From: Marsupella aquatica
Lineage: Eukaryota; Plantae; Marchantiophyta
Assembly (NCBI GenBank): GCA_973895155.1
Contig: OZ316892.1
Coordinates: 18,032,357-18,096,356 of the forward strand
DNA: 64,000 nt
Reading direction: 5' to 3'
Every line of letters starts with the position of its first letter. Positions within the stretch are counted from its first letter, which is position 1. Of this stretch, positions 38,700 through 51,930 are shown one piece after another. The position numbers and the translations under genes were made by a program. The notes beneath the pieces were generated by a model. It did no database searches, had not been told where the DNA came from, and saw only the letters and a program-made list of their open reading frames with translations.

Positions 38700-41600
38700 A
38701 CCAAGGAATAGTTGCATGTACCAAGCATCATAGATTAGTGTCAATCATCATCCTTATACTTGATAGGCTTAATTTGTTATTATCATGATAGGCCTTGTTC
38801 CTCTTCATTTGTTGGCGTAATGTGTTTTGCAATTTAGCAAGTAGTCTATCTTCCTCCAATGTCTCCAATAATCTGCTTTGCAAGCTACCTAGTTCTTCAT
38901 GCATGCTCTCAGAAATGATTGGATTTTCAGTTCTAAAGCAACTACATCTCAATAAAAAATTAGTGCACCTAATCTGTAACTTGTGAGGTAGAAGGGAATT
39001 TTTGTGGGACTCATAGTTATCTCACCCGTCCAATATGCCCACCTGTATGCCCATAATACAGAGGACAAGTTAATATCCTAATCTACTTAGTTTATGTGTA
39101 GAAACAATTTTGTTCAAAATCTTGCCCATTAATCCATCAACTCGTTTGGTTAGTCCATTTGCCTTGAGATTATAAGATGTAATCTTGCGATGTTTGATTA
39201 AATAATTTTCAGTAATTCATTCAATTGTGGCATTGAAAAGGTGTAATCCATGGTCACTTGCAAGTTCAGGTGGGCATCCAACCTTTGTAATAATGTTTTC
39301 AAAAAGAAATTAATATTGCAGTATTAGTTGCATCATTCTTCCTGTTTGCCTTGGCTGGCTTCAACCAATTTGGTTACATAATCCATGGCAAGGATTATAT
39401 AATGATTTCTTCAATATTGAACAGGAGGTGAGATAGGACCAATAAAATCAATACCCCATATTTCAAACGGTGAGAGAGGGAGTATGAAAACAAGTGGTCA
39501 CCTGGAGGTTGCTATTGGTTTCCTAACACATGGACAAGGGTCACATCTTTTGATAAAATCAAGGGTGTCTCTATGCATAGTTGGTCACTACCAGGCAACA
39601 TATCAAATCTTCTTAAGTGTTGTGTTCACTGCATAATGACCTCTTGAATCTTCAGCACAAAGGGCTGCTATATAAACTCATACTCTAAGGAGATTGAAGA
39701 CATTGCTTCTGATTGGGGGTTAGCCTAAACACGATACCCTTAATCAGAGTACAAGGTCCAACGTTATATAAAAATACAATTTTCTTCTCCGCATATAAAC
39801 CTTCTAGCATTTAACTCCATGGGTCAACATCTTCATGATATTATAATAAATAGAAATTTCACCTTCTATATGCCAGATTTTTCATCAGGAAATAAATCTT
39901 CTAAATTAGTAACCTTGGGAAAAAAATAGCATTTTCATGGTGTTTGGGCACCTGGTCTTTCATGAACCTCATAGTCCAATGCCTGAAGATGTAGAACCCA
40001 TCTTGCCACGTACTCTTCCCTGATAAATCTGTTTGGTTTACTAAATACATCAAGAATTTATGATTAGTGTGTAAAATAATTTTATAACCAAGTAAATAGT
40101 GTCAAAATTTTATTGCAACCAAATTAAAATGATATATATAATGCATCTTGTTCAATTACCAAATAGTTTTTCTCAGGAACACTTAGCTATATACTTGCAT
40201 AGTAGATTGGGTGATCTCAACCTTGCTCATCCTTTTGACTTAAAGTTGGCTCCCATGAAAAATGCTGAAAAATCAATGAAAACATGGAATGTTTTGGTCC
40301 AAGTACGTTGGGGGTTAAAATATTGGTGTAATTTGGTAAGTTTTGATTTTAACTCATGACAAGTAGGTTCCCTCTCCTCGGTCCAAACATACTCAACATT
40401 ATGTTTGAGAAGTATTATAAGGCACATGACAATATATATCAACATATTTATGAATAATTTAACTCATACAATAACCAACATTCAGACCAAAAAAGACTCA
40501 CATTTCTTTTAGGTCCTTTGGAAGTAGTAATTCCATAATAATGTTGACTTTGTCTTAGTCTACCTCAATATCTTGTTGAGAGATAACATGGCCTAAAAGG
40601 AGTCATTCTTTTATCTTATGTAACATCCTTTTGGATGTGGAGATGCATGTATTGTCTCTGCAGGAACCTATAGATATGGCGTCTAAGAAATACTAGGGCC
40701 TTTGATTCATTGGCCTTGGTTAGCGGATCTGGTTAAGGTTCGTTTGCTAGTATGGGTTGAGCTATCCCTATAGCTGGGAGTAGGGTTAAAGAGGTCAGGT
40801 TCTCCTTGAGGTTCATGGACCACTCGAGGTAATTGTTACCATCAATTTCTAAGGCTGGGAAAGTTAATTTCTCCAGATTGGTCATCTAGGGATGCTATGT
40901 CTCTAGCTTTCTAAGTTCCTTTTAATGGTAATTTGGGCTTATGTACTAGTACGTATAGTAAAAGTCAACAAAGCATATTTATGCAGCATGCAGGGTGGGT
41001 CTGGGTGAAGAGGTCATGCAAATCTGGAATTCAATTTTAGGTTTTGCACTTAGGATTTAGGTTTTCCTTGTTATTTGGTTAACTACAACATTTCCTCTGT
41101 ATTTGCTCTTTCCTTTGTTAAATTATGCACTTATGAAGGTTTTGCGGTTATGTGCGCTTATGTGGTTAAGTGCATGGGTTTCTTGGTATGCAAAAGTTGC
41201 TTTGTAAATTTTTTCACTTAGAGAGGGTTTTCTGCACTTATTAATTTGTCGATCATGTTTTGTCGTTCGTTTATGCTCGTTTTCTCCTCCCACGGTCGGC
41301 TGCCCTTGTTCGTTGCTTTGTTCTCCTAGTGCACTTGGGCCTTCAATTCCGCTTCAGGTCTCTTGTCTCCCCGATTCTCCTCCCTGCTGCGACGTTTTCT
41401 CTTGGGGTTCCTCTTATTCAATCTCGGTGCTTCGTACTTGGGTTCCAGGCTCTTCTAGAATTTCTAGAATCGTGGGCTCCAGGCTCGTGCTTCTTCAATT
41501 TCTGAGATTGCCTTGTGTTTCGGCCTAGCTATTCTTTTATTGCTGATTGTTGCCTCCTTCTATTGTCCTTATGGTTGCTCTCGAGGCCTCACAATTTCCT

Positions 41601-42900
41601 GTGGGCGCTGTTACTCATTCTTCGTGTCCTTTCAAATCTCCTCTTGCTGCCTGGGTTTCGTGGCTGCGATTGCTTGCTATCCAATTATCAATTTTGCTTC
41701 CACTATTTCTCGATCCTCCATTGAAGGCTAGGTGAAGGATTACTGTTGCCCAGATCCTGCTGCATTTCAATCAGGGGCTGTCACTAGATCCCGGGACCAA
41801 GGCAGATTTCGGTTTCTTCTCAGGTTCTGTGTTATGGGAATCGGGGCTGATTCTTTTATCAATTTGCTATTTCTAGATCTCCTTGTCAATGTTTTGTGTC
41901 TCTCTCGCCCCTGTCCTTTCTCTATGAGGTTTCCTCTTCTTAATCCTTGGAACTTTTAATTCTTTCAGTTTCTTCAATTGCTCTCACTGCTGCATTCTTC
42001 AATCTCTCTCGGACTTTTCAATTGGCATTGGGCGCCTGCAGGGTCCTTCTGGGTTTCTCTTCGAATCCTACTCTGTTTAATCCTTAGTTTTTGATGCTCT
42101 CCTTAGCAATTTATTTCTCAGCATGCGGCTCCTCATTGTGTTCTCGATCCGTTTTGATCCAAATAAGTTGAATGTTCCTTATGGTCTCTTTTTCTATTCA
42201 ATGCTTTCTTTCAATCTCCATAGCCCTTCGAAAAGAATTCATGGCCTCCTTGCTCAGCCACGAAGAGGCTCGTGCTGATAACGTGCGATAGGATAATGAA
42301 TAGTAACAGTGTATAGAATGAGTAGGGTCATGGTACATATAGGTGTGTCGGGTGACCAGTTGGTCCGGTCAATGGGTAGAGTCTAACAGTATAAAATTTT
42401 TAAGAAAATGTCGCAAATTTTCTTGGAAAATCACCATCATGATCCGTTGGAATGTTCTTGGTGCATTTCATAATCCAAAAGACATGATATATAAAAGGCA
42501 AAAGTACCTCAATGGATGATGAAAGTGGTTTTGTCTCGATCTCCTTTCAAAATAGAAACTTGATTATAACCCAAGTAACCATAATTTTTTTTATAAAAGT
42601 AATGTATTACAACTATATATGTCAAGCACCAAACCCATAACAATCTGAAGTGGATAATAATTTTTGCAAGTTGTTGTATTCAACTGTCTAAAGTCTTCAG
42701 TTGATACTCTTATCTTGGATTACCCATCAAATCCAATTTGCTTTAAAGGTACTATGACAATGAAAATATCTATTTACTACTTAACATAGGGTATATAAAT
42801 CCTATCATGTCCAATAATTTATCTAGCTCATTTTTCACCATCAAGAAATACTTCAAATTTAAACAATATTATTTTTGTCTTACCAAAATAGCTCCTTCAT
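38700..42900 (-). mobile_element. Old, heavily decayed Ty3/Gypsy pol (RT-RNase H-integrase) interrupted by a Copia insertion
   Basis: The minus strand reads GYLGYNQVSILKGDRDKTTF and MSFGL*NAPRTFQRIMM (about 42420-42590), and LLGHVISQQDIEVD*DKVN (about 40540-40610). Integrase-like IDFIGPISPP lies at about 39420-39450. Confidence 0.8.
40620..42388 (-). mobile_element. Bianca-like Copia 5' fragment: short LTR 42284-42388, PBS 42269-42283, long leader
   Basis: Minus strand TGTTAGACTCTACC...CA is immediately followed by CGTTATCAGCACGAG (Bianca-type PBS). The LTR is homologous to the unit at 842-955. The left boundary is approximate. Confidence 0.65.
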
Positions 42901-42929
42901 TAAGATCAATACGATGCTCTCCACGCCAA

Positions 42930-43220
42930 GGGTGAATATCCTTATGGTCTTGGTGTGGTCGAATCTTTCCTTTAGTTGTTCCCAAAGGCTTTTGGGGTTT
43001 TCTTCATTAAGGTATTGTAGTTTTAGGGGTTCTACGAGGTGGTGTCATGATATAAACACCAAGGCTCTCGCTTTTTGCTGAGTTGTAGTGCATTGATCAG
43101 TAATGATCATTTCATGTATGTCTTTGGCTATGAGGTTGACTTTGATGTCTAGTGATCATGATAGGTATTTCTCCCCCTTGACGGTTAAGGGGAGAAAGTT
43201 TAATTTCTCTATGGATACCA
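42930..43220 (-). mobile_element. Bianca-like Copia gag N-terminus remnant
   Basis: SIEKLNFLPLTVKGEKYLS*SLDIKVNLIAKD...KARALVFI...LKLQYLNEENPKSLWEQLKERFDHTKT resembles Bianca-type gag (KLEFxALDIxGxNYLSW). Confidence 0.7.
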
Positions 43221-45324
43221 GGTTTTGGTTTTAGGGTTGGGTCGAGGGTTGGTTCTTGAGTTTAGGTTTAGGGCTAGAGCTAGGTTTAGTTCTTGTATTG
43301 GTTATAATGTATGCAAGAGTATAAGATAATTTTGTTTAATGTCTGGTGAGTTTTGTGCGCTTCATTGAGTAATGGTTATAAGTTCTGTGCATTTTGGAAA
43401 ATCAAAAAATTTGAATTTTCCTTTTTGTGTTTGATTTTAGGGTTTTCCTTATTAATATAAGGTTCTTTTTTGTTAACCCTAAATGTGGTCTAGGTTTAGT
43501 GCCGCATGCATGGTAAGTATAAAGGAGGAGAAAATATGTTTTAGGGTTTGCACTTAGGTTTAAGTATTTACAAAGGAAAGATGGGTTTTATGTCTTCTAA
43601 ATGTGCGGATCTTTGTAATGTGCAAGGTTTTGTTTGTAAATGAGATCTTTCTTGGTTACAGGTTGTGGTTATAAAGTAGGTTCTATTGTTTGCGGTTTCC
43701 CTATTTAAGTGCGCTTTTCTCTTTTGTATGCAGAAATTGGTTTGGAAAGGTTTTTCGCTTAAGGAGGCTTGTGTACTTAGCGTGTTATCTCGTATTTTCT
43801 TTATGGTTTTTGTTTCCTATTCTGCATTTTTGCATTTTGCTCCTTGCGCCTTCTCTCTCTCGACATCCTCCTTCAATGCATCTTGGATCTTCTTCTTTGC
43901 TTCTGTGTTTTTATTTCTCCTTTTCTCTCGATGGACGTAGTGGGATGTTTGATGGGTCCTCGTAGCGGTTTTTGCATCTACTTGGCTACTTCACAGTTTT
44001 GAAATATCGTCATAGGTTCTAGATTTGCCGAGGAACTCTCTTTCTTTGATCGATCAATTCATTTCTGCCCTTATGGATTGAGGCTGTGTCTGCCCCTTCT
44101 CGTATCTCCTTATGAATGTTGATCCTGTCCTTAAGTGGATTCTTCCCGAGAATGTACTCAAGATCCTGATTCTGGTGTTCTCTCAATATTTTTGTCAGGA
44201 TTCCAGATTCAATGCCCGATAGCCTTGTGCTCAGTAGGTGAGCCGGGTGCTGATAACATGTTGTATAATGAATTCCAACCGTCACCCCAACTTCTCCCTG
44301 GGGTATTATATAGACAACATTTGGTAAAGGGGTACAATGCGAGTACCTAACCATGGTTAGGACTTAATTATAGTATCTTAACAATAATCTGAATGTATAT
44401 TTGTAGTGTATTTCTCCTTGGTATGGTTCCAAACCTCAATTCATCTTGACACGAGGTTCCCAAAAGAAAATTTTCTTTTGTTGTTAGTTTGCTTGAATCA
44501 CCTTGGCTTTATAAAGCCATGATCATTCCAACAAATTAAATTGGAAAACTTGATGGTATTTCTGGATCTATTACAACATAATCAAGATTAAAAGTTGAGT
44601 CCTACTATGTTAGGTACAATGTTTTTGAATTTTTCTACTATAATTACTCTAGATTAATCTCATATTCTTAAAGTACTCAAACTTAATAAATTTGAGGTCA
44701 AAAGTCACAAACCTTGATCACAAGATTTATGCTAGAGCTTCCAAGTTGTTAAGTCAAGATTCACTAGCCAATTTAAGATTAACTGATGACTTTGGAGACA
44801 CAAAATTCTAAATCATAGTATTAAGTACCGTTGGTTTGTTATGGAATATTTAAACATTAGTGTTTGACTTAAATTGCATATTGCTAATAGTTGAACCATG
44901 TTGACGACATTATAACCTGGTTTATTCTTACATTTGTAACTCAAAATGTATTTTGGTTTGGTGAGCAATTAATTCTTCATTAACATACTTTCATGATGTT
45001 AAGGAAAGAAGAATTGGATACATATCAATTTTAAATCCTTAACATTGTAAGACCATAATCCTTGTTGAATGAATGACATTAATGATTTAAATTTGATAAG
45101 GTTCCACTTTGAACTTTACTTTAAATCAGGATTTTAGAAAGTTATTTTTCCTTGTGTTTTGTTAATTCAGTTTTTATTTTGTCTTTGAGAAGAGAATTTA
45201 CGAACAAGTTTGCTCTAAATCACTTGATCAAAATACTAAAATCATTCAATCTATTTCTATTTATTCTTTAAGGGATCAAATTTTGAGTTTATAAGGGAAT
45301 AAGTATATCGTTTGAATCTCAAGT

Positions 45325-45475
45325 ATTCCTGGATACTTGTGAAGGAAGAGTTGGACAAGCTCACCGCTGTTGGATTCCTGGATACTTGTGAAGGAAGAGT
45401 TGGACAAGCTCACCACTGTTGGATTCCTGGATACTTGTGAAGGAAGAGTTGGACAAGCTCACCGCTGTTGGATTC
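45325..45475. repeat. 49-bp tandem triplication inside the old RT remnant
   Basis: attcctggatacttgtgaaggaagagttggacaagctcacc(g/a)ctgttgg at 45325, 45374 and 45423. Confidence 0.92.
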
Positions 45476-47415
45476 ACATACTCAGTATTAAGAAGCGAAT
45501 GAGTATCACTTATTGTAATAGTACCAAAGAAAGCAACTCCTGATGGCAAGACCAAAATCCAAGTGTGCCAAGATTTTTAAAAGTTGAATGCTGCAAACAG
45601 GAATGATCATTACCTTTACCCTTCATTGATATAGTACTAGATTTAATTGCTTTGCATGAGTTGTACAACTTTTTGGACGACTATTTAAGTTACAACCAAG
45701 TGTTAATAAGTAAAGATGTCACTTGTCTACCCAACCATTTATACGTAAAATACTACTCTCCTGTGCATAAACTGTTGGTATCATGTTACGGGGTCATGGA
45801 GGGACGCTATTTGGAGGATTTCCACACCTAAGGATGAGTATATTTAATTCCGCTCCCGGAAATGTAATTTTTGATCAAGTCTACCGACTAGCCATTCTCT
45901 GCTTTTGATCAAGTCCCATGGACTACACCACACACACACACACACACACACACTTCTACTGGTCGTTGTGGAGTGCTGTCACCACCCCCCTTTCCTTACT
46001 TGGTTGACCAACCCAAGCAAGGATTCCTTAGACACTTCCTGGGAAAGAACACAATCGTGAACCGGAAAACATAACGCAACACCAAACTTGAGAAATCAAA
46101 TCAAATCCATATCATTTGGTAAAAAGGATAACACATTGCAAGGACAACCTAGCCTCCTGCCGTCTGTCCAACTCCTGCCTCAATGGGGCAAGCGCTACCC
46201 TCTACCTCACTACTCTGACTCGGTTCCTCCTTCTGGTCCTCCGCTAACTTCCCGTAAGCAAACACTATACTGAGTTCCCCCCTAACTACTACAGGGCTCT
46301 CCCCCTAAATACCAAAAAACACACCAAAGCACCCCTCACGGGGCCACAACGATGGTGGCTTACCCTAGCGGCGCCGCTAAACCCTTCACTAAGAAACCCC
46401 TAAACTAAAAGCATGCGGCACACACATACTTCTAAAACCCTAAACCCTAAACTAACAATGGGGCCGATGGTGCTTTTGACGGCGCCCCAACATTACCCCG
46501 TGAACCCTGAAATTGCAAGGAACCCCACAATGGCCGAAACTAGGTGCCCTTCCACTTGCACTTCTGAGTTCACCCCTGGATAGCCCTCCTCCTCCTGATC
46601 ATGAATCACTCAATCGCTCATGAAACGGACATTGGACGACCAAGTTATGGCCGTTTCAGTATCCCATAAACCCAACTTCGCCAGGCCCTAACTTGCTCAT
46701 CCTGGCTCCGTTTGAGTAGCACCGCCTCTTGTTGGAATCAGCTCCGCGAGCTCTTTCCAACAAGCCCGTGAGTGACCCCTCACAAAAAAGTTGGAAAGTC
46801 AAGGGGCCGTACAACTACGTCCGTACGACCACTCTAATCCTCATCCTCTTCACTCACGGTGCCCTGGCTTGAGCCCCGTGAGTGGGCCTCCTCATCACTC
46901 TCCACTGGATCCACTGGAGTGAGTGCCACTTCAATCCTCTTCTTCTTCACCGGGGTACTCCTTGTGCTAGTGCTCCCCTGCTTCCTCAATTTGTCCAAGG
47001 CCTGTCACGCCTTGATGTACCCCTCACCAATGGTGTCCTTCCATAAGGCCGCCTCTTCACCAGACTGCAACTCCAACGGTAAAACCTGCTTGGTGGCCAT
47101 GGGAGTCCCAGGGGTGACAGATCGGGGTGGCATCCCCGTGTTGACCTAAGCCTCTCGTAACGATTTGCGTACCTCCCTGAGCTTCTTCTCTAAGCTCTTA
47201 CTCTTCTCTTGACTCTTCTTGGCTGCATCCAACAGGGGTCCATACTTCCCACTGACTTCCTTCACCACCATCTCAATGGCCCTGGAGATCAAATCCGGGG
47301 AAAGGGTGGAGCTAGGTGTGCAGGGGCTCTTCCGTTTCCCTAGACCCAAGGCCTCACTCCTCTTAGCCCTTGTCTCAAAGATCACCATTTGACTCCGTAG
47401 TGCTCCCACCTGGGC

Positions 47416-47745
47416 TGTCACACCATTCTAGGTAGTGTTAGAGTGTATCGTACTATCTAGATCCATATGTTTGGTATGTGTGCTATATGAGCCAATAAGG
47501 TTCCGTCAGGTTTGTGTGAGAGGGTACTTCTCACTTGTGAGGCATTGAAAGGTCATCTTTCAATGTTGAGCCTTGGAGAGAGAGGAGCTTGAGTGGCTAT
47601 GGTGGCTGTGAGCTCCGCTTGTGTAACGTGGATTCCTTGAGTAGTGCAAGGTGCATTGGCTTGACATACGTGTGTGATCGGATCGGTGCGGGATCGATGG
47701 GGTATTGTTGACCGGGATCGTTGTGCCGATTGTATGGAGATTACA
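47416..47745 (+). repeat. Repeat A1 (3' part of the LTR)
   Basis: Matches 55563-55886 with 5 substitutions and one 4-bp indel. It starts TGTCAC and ends ...GGAGATTACA. Confidence 0.92.
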
Positions 47746-47754
47746 TTGAAAGAT
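47746..47754 (+). promoter_or_regulatory. Putative self-priming primer-binding site
   Basis: ACATTGAAAGAT (47743-47754) is the exact reverse complement of ATCTTTCAATGT (47555-47566) inside the LTR. There is no TGG-type tRNA PBS. Confidence 0.6.
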
Positions 47755-48891
47755 CATGAGCTTCAAACTCTGTTGTGCGGACAGAAGCTCAGTCTGAGTT
47801 TATCGTTGACGGTGACGGTTCGTGGTAGCTCAAATCAATTGGATTTGTGTTTGACGCGGATCCATGTTTCTTGAATCGTTGGTTCTATTGTTTGAGTACT
47901 CTGTTGCTATTCGATCTGGTTCTGGCCAAGCTTGAACGTTGTTGGATCTGGATCTGGTCTAGATCTGGATTGAGTCGGAGTCTAGATCTGGATCTGGAAA
48001 GAGATGGCCGAAGGTTGCTGCTTGTATCGCACTATTGTTTTGTGGACAGATCTGTTGGAATTTTGAGTGCTCGCAGTGTTTTATTGTCAAGGGATGCTTG
48101 CGAAATGTCCCAAAACCGTGCGCGACAGGTTTGCAGAGGTCGAGAGCCATCGACGTTGCCGTTTTTGCGAAGGAAATCGTTGCTTTTGAGTGGCAAATAT
48201 TGCCATTTTTGAGCCCAACGACTTCTATTTTGTGTACACACACAACTGTGCGCGCATAAGGTGACGCGTGAGGTCATCCATCCCGAAAGTGCTCCCAACC
48301 GCGAGCGCAAGCAAGCGCGAGGTCGAGGTCACCCATCCCAGGGCTATTCCGGGTCGTGAGCGCGAGGGGAGGCACGAGGTCGACCACGAGGAGGTCACCC
48401 ATCCCGGGGCTATTCCCAGCCGCAAGCGCTTAACTAGCAACTCATCCCACCTTGTGTACACACAAGTTTTCACAACTTGTTGTTTAGATTCAAGCGCCAG
48501 GGGGCTTTATACACTTTCCGGTTTGCTTAGAGCCTTGTTTCGGGCCAAATCATAGGCTCTTTAGAGGTTTTTGATAGTTTTAAGTTCATCTAAATACACA
48601 AATTGAACCAATTGTGCATGGTTTTTCATCTATAACATTGGGACATCATGAAGCCTATTATGAAGGCCTTTCATTGAACATTATGAATATTGGTTTGATC
48701 AATGTGTGATCACTCTTGGTGTGGAGAGTTAGTGTTTGACTATTCTTGTTGATTGGATCCTCTCCACACTTGTTTCCTGTTTATGCGTCATGTTGGTTCA
48801 GTGTGTGCGCTTGATTCCATAGGAGTGATCCGGGTTTGCAACTGGACATTCTAGTGTGCTGTGTATTTCTCTCCTGGTGATGTTGGAGTGA

Positions 48892-49520
48892 TTCTTTGAG
48901 GTACTGAAGCAGAACTATCAGGGTGTAAGAACTGATAAGTTGAAGGGTCTTTAGGAGTTCCAGCGCAAGACTGGAGAGAGTCTATATGAGGCATACACTC
49001 GTATGCGTAGATTAATCACTGTCACCAAGGGAGTGACAGAGGCTCAGGCAGTCCAGTTTTGGTATGCAATTCTGGACAGAGAATTGCGACGCAGAGTGAG
49101 AGATGTCACTTTGCTTAGGGATGCAGATCCCACATTAGCAGTTGTTTTTACACTTTCTGAGCGCATTGAGCTCAATATGGTGAATGAGAAGGTGGTGACT
49201 TCCGGATTTGCCAAGGAAGCACCAAAGGCTGCATCCACATCCACACCATAGCCTACTGCACGGAAGAGCCAGAGGGAGAAGCCTACTGCACGAGAGTCTA
49301 CCAGCCAGAGACCTGTGCCCTCTTATGTTGGACAGCAGTCAGGATGTTGGACCTGTGGTGAGGATCATGCACAGAGATATTGCCCAGATCATAGAGGATC
49401 AGGGGGAGCATTAGCGCCTGATCAACGATAGTGTGATCACTGTGGAGCTCCTGGACACACCAAGGATAGGTGTTTCTCACTCCATCCTGAGTTACGGAGA
49501 GGAGGATCCCATACACATGA
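48892..49520 (+). pseudogene. Gag remnant with two zinc knuckles
   Basis: EFQRKTGESLYEAYTRMRRL (retrotransposon gag major-homology-like), CWTCGEDHAQRYC (from 49345) and CDHCGAPGHTKDRC (from 49432). In-frame stops are present and the N-terminus was not found. Confidence 0.82.
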
Positions 49521-50254
49521 TCAGGGAACAGCTAGCTGCCATGGCTAGTTCCCAGGTGAGACCTACTTCTGGTGATGGGGCATCAACATCCTATGGACCT
49601 TCCACATCCCATGGTCCTTCCACATCTTATGGAGCTGATAGAGACCTTGCCACCATGGGATTCATGTGTGGCACTGCACACATTGATGCATCAACAGCTT
49701 TGACAGGTGGGGCAGCCAAAGCTCTTGAGCCCCGAGGAGTAGTAGTGGAGTTAGATCCACAAAGGGGGGGTGCACGTCGGCAGACAAAGCTTCCTCAGTC
49801 TTTTACATTGTCAGAGACAGTTCAGACTGCCTCTATGAACCCGGTTTGGACAAACCCTGATGTGGGTAAGTTGGCAAAATCAGGTAGTGATGCAGCAGGG
49901 ATGACAGGTACCTTGTTGGGGGCGGCTACTGCCATGGTATGCGCCCCATTATTTTCAGCGACAGACATGCTGAACTTGGAAGTTGGTCCTACAGAAGTGT
50001 TCAGATTGGCAGCTACACTCTGTGAGGACACTCCAGTGGTTGCTTCCCATGCAAAAGCAACTTGCAGTGTTGATATAGTGAAGACCATGCCACCTACTGT
50101 TACTAGTGAGACATGGCATGCAACAGCAGCGAGGTTGGTGGATTTACCAGCACGCCCTGCATTTGAGAGGACTAGGTTTAAACCTAGTGTTGTATCATTG
50201 GATAATCGGAGTGGTATCTTCCGATTAGTTGGGCCTTCTGGAGCAGTATACTAG

Positions 50255-50600
50255 CCAGAGAGGGTGTTACTGGATACTGGTGCTCATCCCTTGATGTTGG
50301 GAAAGTCTGCCATATGTGGATTGGGATTGCGTCCAGAGGATTTGGAGGATTGTCCCTTTCCCATTCAGACTTCATTGGGGGGACCTACACCTACACAGCA
50401 CATTACCAGGAGACCTCTTGATTTGAGGATTCAGGAAGGTCATACCACAGATAGCTCACAGATACAGGCGCGAGCTATTCTAACTAAGGCATAGTCATAT
50501 GATGTGTTGGTGGGATGTACAGTGCTCTACCCCATGGGATTTATTCTTGATTTTTGGGAGGAATCAGTGTCATATAGACCTGATTGGCAGTCAGGAGATG
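50255..50600 (+). pseudogene. Retropepsin aspartic protease
   Basis: RVLLDTGA (Asp at 50273) and downstream SYDVLVG, in the same frame as the MTase and RT. Confidence 0.85.
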
Positions 50601-50980
50601 CTTGATTGAGAAAATTGCCAGTGAGATTTAGTGGACCTATGGGAGGCCCTAAATCCACACCATTGTCTTTGGCAGCATTCAGTGGTCTAATTGCTGGACC
50701 TGATGATTTGATTGAGGGTAATGCGCATGCAGCAGATGTTCCACCATTGGAGGAGTCTCATAAGGAGCACATCATGCGAGGATTACCTATTGGCAGTGTT
50801 GTGCCACCAGTGTGGGGCACTGCACAGGCCTTGCCACAGACAGCAGCACAATTGGTACATGATGCATGGCGTCATGCTTTTACACCACAATCAGGAGCAC
50901 GACAGCCTCTTGCAGATGGACCTGTGACTCTTTCACCATTGGATACCACTCCTATTGCTTGGCAGTATCCACCGGAGGGT

Positions 50981-51930
50981 ATTTGTTTGTTGGATCTTTT
51001 TGGTGGGATTAGCATTGGATTGGCTGCTGTTCTTCAGGTAGGAATTCCTGTGCGTCGTTATTTGTATGTGGAGTCAGATGAGACAGCACGGAGGGTCTCA
51101 TTGCGACATGTGGCTATGTTGGTGGATAGATATCCACAGTTGCTGCCAGTGGATGCTGTTCGTGGTTATCAGCATGCACTACCTGCTGATATTTCATTGC
51201 TGGGGGCAGATCATCTACATCGTGTTGGCCCCATTGATTTGGTGATTGCTGGTTGGCCATGTCAGGGCCAATCTAGAGCTGGCGTTGGGCATGGACTTCA
51301 TGATCCACGCTCTGCATTGTTTTGGGAGATGTTATGGGTGCTGCGTCATCTCCAGCTACATCAGACACAGTCTCCAACATACATTTTGGAGAATGTGCCA
51401 TTGTTAGGTGATGATCGTAGTCGGATTGTTGCCAGTGTTCACCAGGTGAGGTCTTGGATTGGACCTGCTGTGTTATTGGATGCTGCACGTGTGGGTTCTC
51501 ATGCACTTCGTCCACGCTTGTGGTGGACTAATTTGATCCCATGTGAGGTGCTGAAGCGCGCATTTGACAGCATTCCATGCTCACCAGCCTTAGTGGTGGA
51601 TGATATTTTGGATCCAGGGTGTCGTGCACAGGGTGTGACCCAACCTGATAGACCTCCATTGGCAATGGTCAATGCAGTTGGGTGCCCACGTTGTGCATTA
51701 CCCACTCTTGTAAGCCACTCTACTTCATATGCATTCAAAGCAGGTGGCCCTGGACTTGTGTGGGACACAGCTCTCCAGCAGTTAGTGGAACCTACTGCTG
51801 ATGAGAGAGAGCGTGCTATGGGATTTTTGACTGGCACCACTGCAGTTGCCTCTGTGTCAGAGGGTTTGCGGCGCCAGGTTCTTGGTCAAGCAATGGACCT
51901 AAATTGTTTGACTTGGATTATCAGCTTGGG
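50981..51930 (+). CDS. DNMT3-like C5 cytosine DNA methyltransferase domain within the pol frame (ORF 50606-52117)
   Basis: Motifs in linear order: I LLDLFGGIS, II YVESD, III ADI, IV DLVIAGWPCQGQS (catalytic Cys codon at 51260), V SALF, VI YILENV, VII-VIII LLDAARVGSHALRPRLWWTNL, IX ERERAMGF, X RRQVLGQAM. Confidence 0.92.

Noticed and set aside
45325-45475. Regular 49-bp repeats resembling a CRISPR array
   Set aside because: The units are head-to-tail with no unique spacers and duplicate part of an RT coding sequence in a eukaryotic locus.
46435-46451. AAACCCTAAACCCTAAA as an interstitial telomere
   Set aside because: Only about two units; such telo-box motifs are common in plant promoters and LTRs.
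47412-47418. Integration by simple crossover at a shared GCT trinucleotide
   Set aside because: That predicts a right junction GACAGCTCTT, but the sequence is GATAGGGCTCTT, which requires a target duplication.
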